Shown here: one piece after another, positions 62,000 through 64,000 of the stretch
Layout of the letters: every line of letters begins with the position of its first letter
Position numbering within the stretch: the first letter of the stretch is position 1
From: Schmidtea nova
Lineage: Eukaryota
NCBI GenBank assembly: GCA_044892505.1
Contig: CM097884.1
Span: forward strand, 35,278,001-35,342,000
Direction of reading: 5' to 3'
DNA: 64,000 nucleotides
Notes under the pieces: model-generated
Databases searched by the model: none
What the model was told of the DNA's origin: nothing
What the model saw: the letters and a program-made list of their open reading frames with translations, nothing else
Translations under genes and position numbers: made by a program

Positions 62000-62399
62000 T
62001 TTTTAACAAATTATTAGATTGTGATAGGAATTCTCATATTGACAAAGCAATATAATAAATGCCATATAAAATCGCCTTGATTACTTTAATTTGGGATGTT
62101 CACTTGGATTAACAAAAAATCTCTTTCAAAAATATATCTTATAAATATAAAAATAGTCATCTACCAATGGCAGAAAAGATGACTGTAAGCCTCAGAGATT
62201 AGTGTTTCATAAATAAAATTTTGCTAAAAATTATTTCAACTTACTTTGTAAATAATTCCAAAAACGTCTTTACAAAATTATAATTTCCAACAAAGTAACT
62301 AAAAAGTAAAATTGTAAAACATAGATAATCTTTTTTTTCTTCAATTCATCATAATTATCCAAGAAATTCTTCCCCACTGCTACGGAAGTGTACTACGAG

Positions 62400-62750
62400 G
62401 AAGCCTTACCAACATTCATGGAAGTGATGAAACCGGGATCATTAGAGAGCTTACAAATCCGAGAACCACCCAATACTCCTGTCTTCAATATTTCATTACT
62501 CAGCCCAGGGCGGGTTTTGCATACGTATTTAAAGCAGTCACCATCTATTTCAAAGCATTCACTAACTTCTAAAACAAACCAAATTTAATGTGAAACTATG
62601 GCAATATGACCTTCAGCTTGTCAAAGAGTAGCTCATGGATAAAATATCTTAGTAGACCAAAAATCTTTCACCCTATGGTTTTTCTTTGTCGTGCTATTCC
62701 ACATGTATATGAAACAGGAGTGGCTGGTATATCAACTTTCTTGCCAGAAT
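62400..62750 (+). pseudogene. Possible non-LTR reverse transcriptase remnant
   Basis: Q.RAGF, VTIYFKAF and SWIKYLSR loosely follow the order Q.GF, D.SKAFD, WI.S.L..R. The match is weak. Confidence 0.3.
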
Positions 62751-64000
62751 AAAAATTTCAAAGGAAAATATAATTAACGAAAATGGTAATTACCACGCTA
62801 AGCGATATTAATATATTTTTATTTTCATTTTTTCAGATAATAGATTAAAATTATTAATAAAAATAATTTTCAGTCAATGGTGAAATTCAAAAACTTTATT
62901 GATAAATTTATTATTTAAAGTGAAAAAAGATTTTTATTCTCACAAAACGTTTTTATTTTATTTTATTTTGTTTTATTGCAAAAAAATAATTCCTGTCACT
63001 TGGCAACGCTAACCAATGCTAATAGAACAATTTTTTTTTGAAAAAAACAAAATTTAATTTAATCAATTAAAATAGTCATTTACAAAAGGTGCAAATAAAA
63101 ATTTTGTTATTAATTAAGACTTCAAAATTTGATAATTACTTAAATTTAAAAGGGAAATAATCACAACAACATTGCATGTTAAATCCATGAATAAATTATG
63201 AAAAATTGCAATAATTAAAATAAATTTATGAATTATGTAGAATGTTATCAGAGAATTTCTATTTGCATGAAATCTTGTTTTACTCATAATTAATTATTAA
63301 TAAATTTTTTAATTAATCACAACAGATTTCAAGTGAGAAAATTTGCTTGACCACTGTAAAAAACAAATGGAGACAATTATTTTCATAATTTGTTTTAATT
63401 CTCACTAACTTTAATTTAATTCTGGAAAAAGGAAAACTTCATAAATTAAAATTTACAATGATTTCATTTGATAATAAATATATTTTAATTTTTTAGATAT
63501 TTATTAGGATATTGCCGTTTTTTTCGCTTTTTAAGTATTTTATTCACTTAATACGGAAATTCATTTTGGTTAAACCCAACTTTGTTTTTTCTGTTTTTTA
63601 GGACAAGATAATATTTAATTTTTAAAATATACTTGAATATTTGATACAGACTTTTTCAAGTGTGCATTCCCCTAAAATTTGTGTACCTTTGTAAAAAAAT
63701 AAATTTGATTAATAGTCTTTAAAGTGAAACTTTTTGAAATAGAAAAGAAAATCAAAGATAATAATGTTTGTTTTTAGGTTTATGTCTGAGTCTTGACTTA
63801 AAATTTAATTAATTATTTTTTTAAAATAAGAATTAAGAATAAATTTGGAGTTTGTTTAAATATTTTAAATTAAGGTTAATTTGAGAAATTCAGGTTTGAA
63901 ATTAGTGATTGTTTATTTTTTATATTTCGTATGTAAATGAGTGGTTATCAAGATAAATGCTTTTAGATTGATGATGATTATAACAGATGTTTTCCTTCTC

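Overview
AT-rich eukaryotic (metazoan) window that is mostly nested, decayed transposable elements, with very short introns (about 43-57 nt) in its genes. The species cannot be assigned from sequence alone. The one clearly intact host gene is a 7-exon ERM (ezrin/radixin/moesin) gene at 10987-18045, 561 aa. There is also an S-adenosylmethionine decarboxylase pseudogene, the last exon of an unknown minus-strand gene, and three orphan ORFs. Mobile DNA includes BEL/Pao, at least five Ty3/Gypsy remnants, hAT (Buster-type transposase and two non-autonomous elements), two pogo/Tigger elements, mariner and Tc1 fragments, a Polinton/Maverick remnant, a Penelope-like remnant and several MITEs or foldbacks. 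Three observations stand out. (1) A BEL/Pao retrotransposon carries a full-length, diverged ubiquitin domain (about 51/76 identities by manual alignment) fused in frame to the N-terminus of Gag. (2) Two minimal type I hammerhead ribozymes lie 955 bp apart in direct repeats around duplicated GIY-YIG remnants. (3) A 2.6-kb transposase-less, TIR-like element carries two apparently expressible orphan genes. All alignments and translations were done by eye, and boundaries of decayed elements are approximate.
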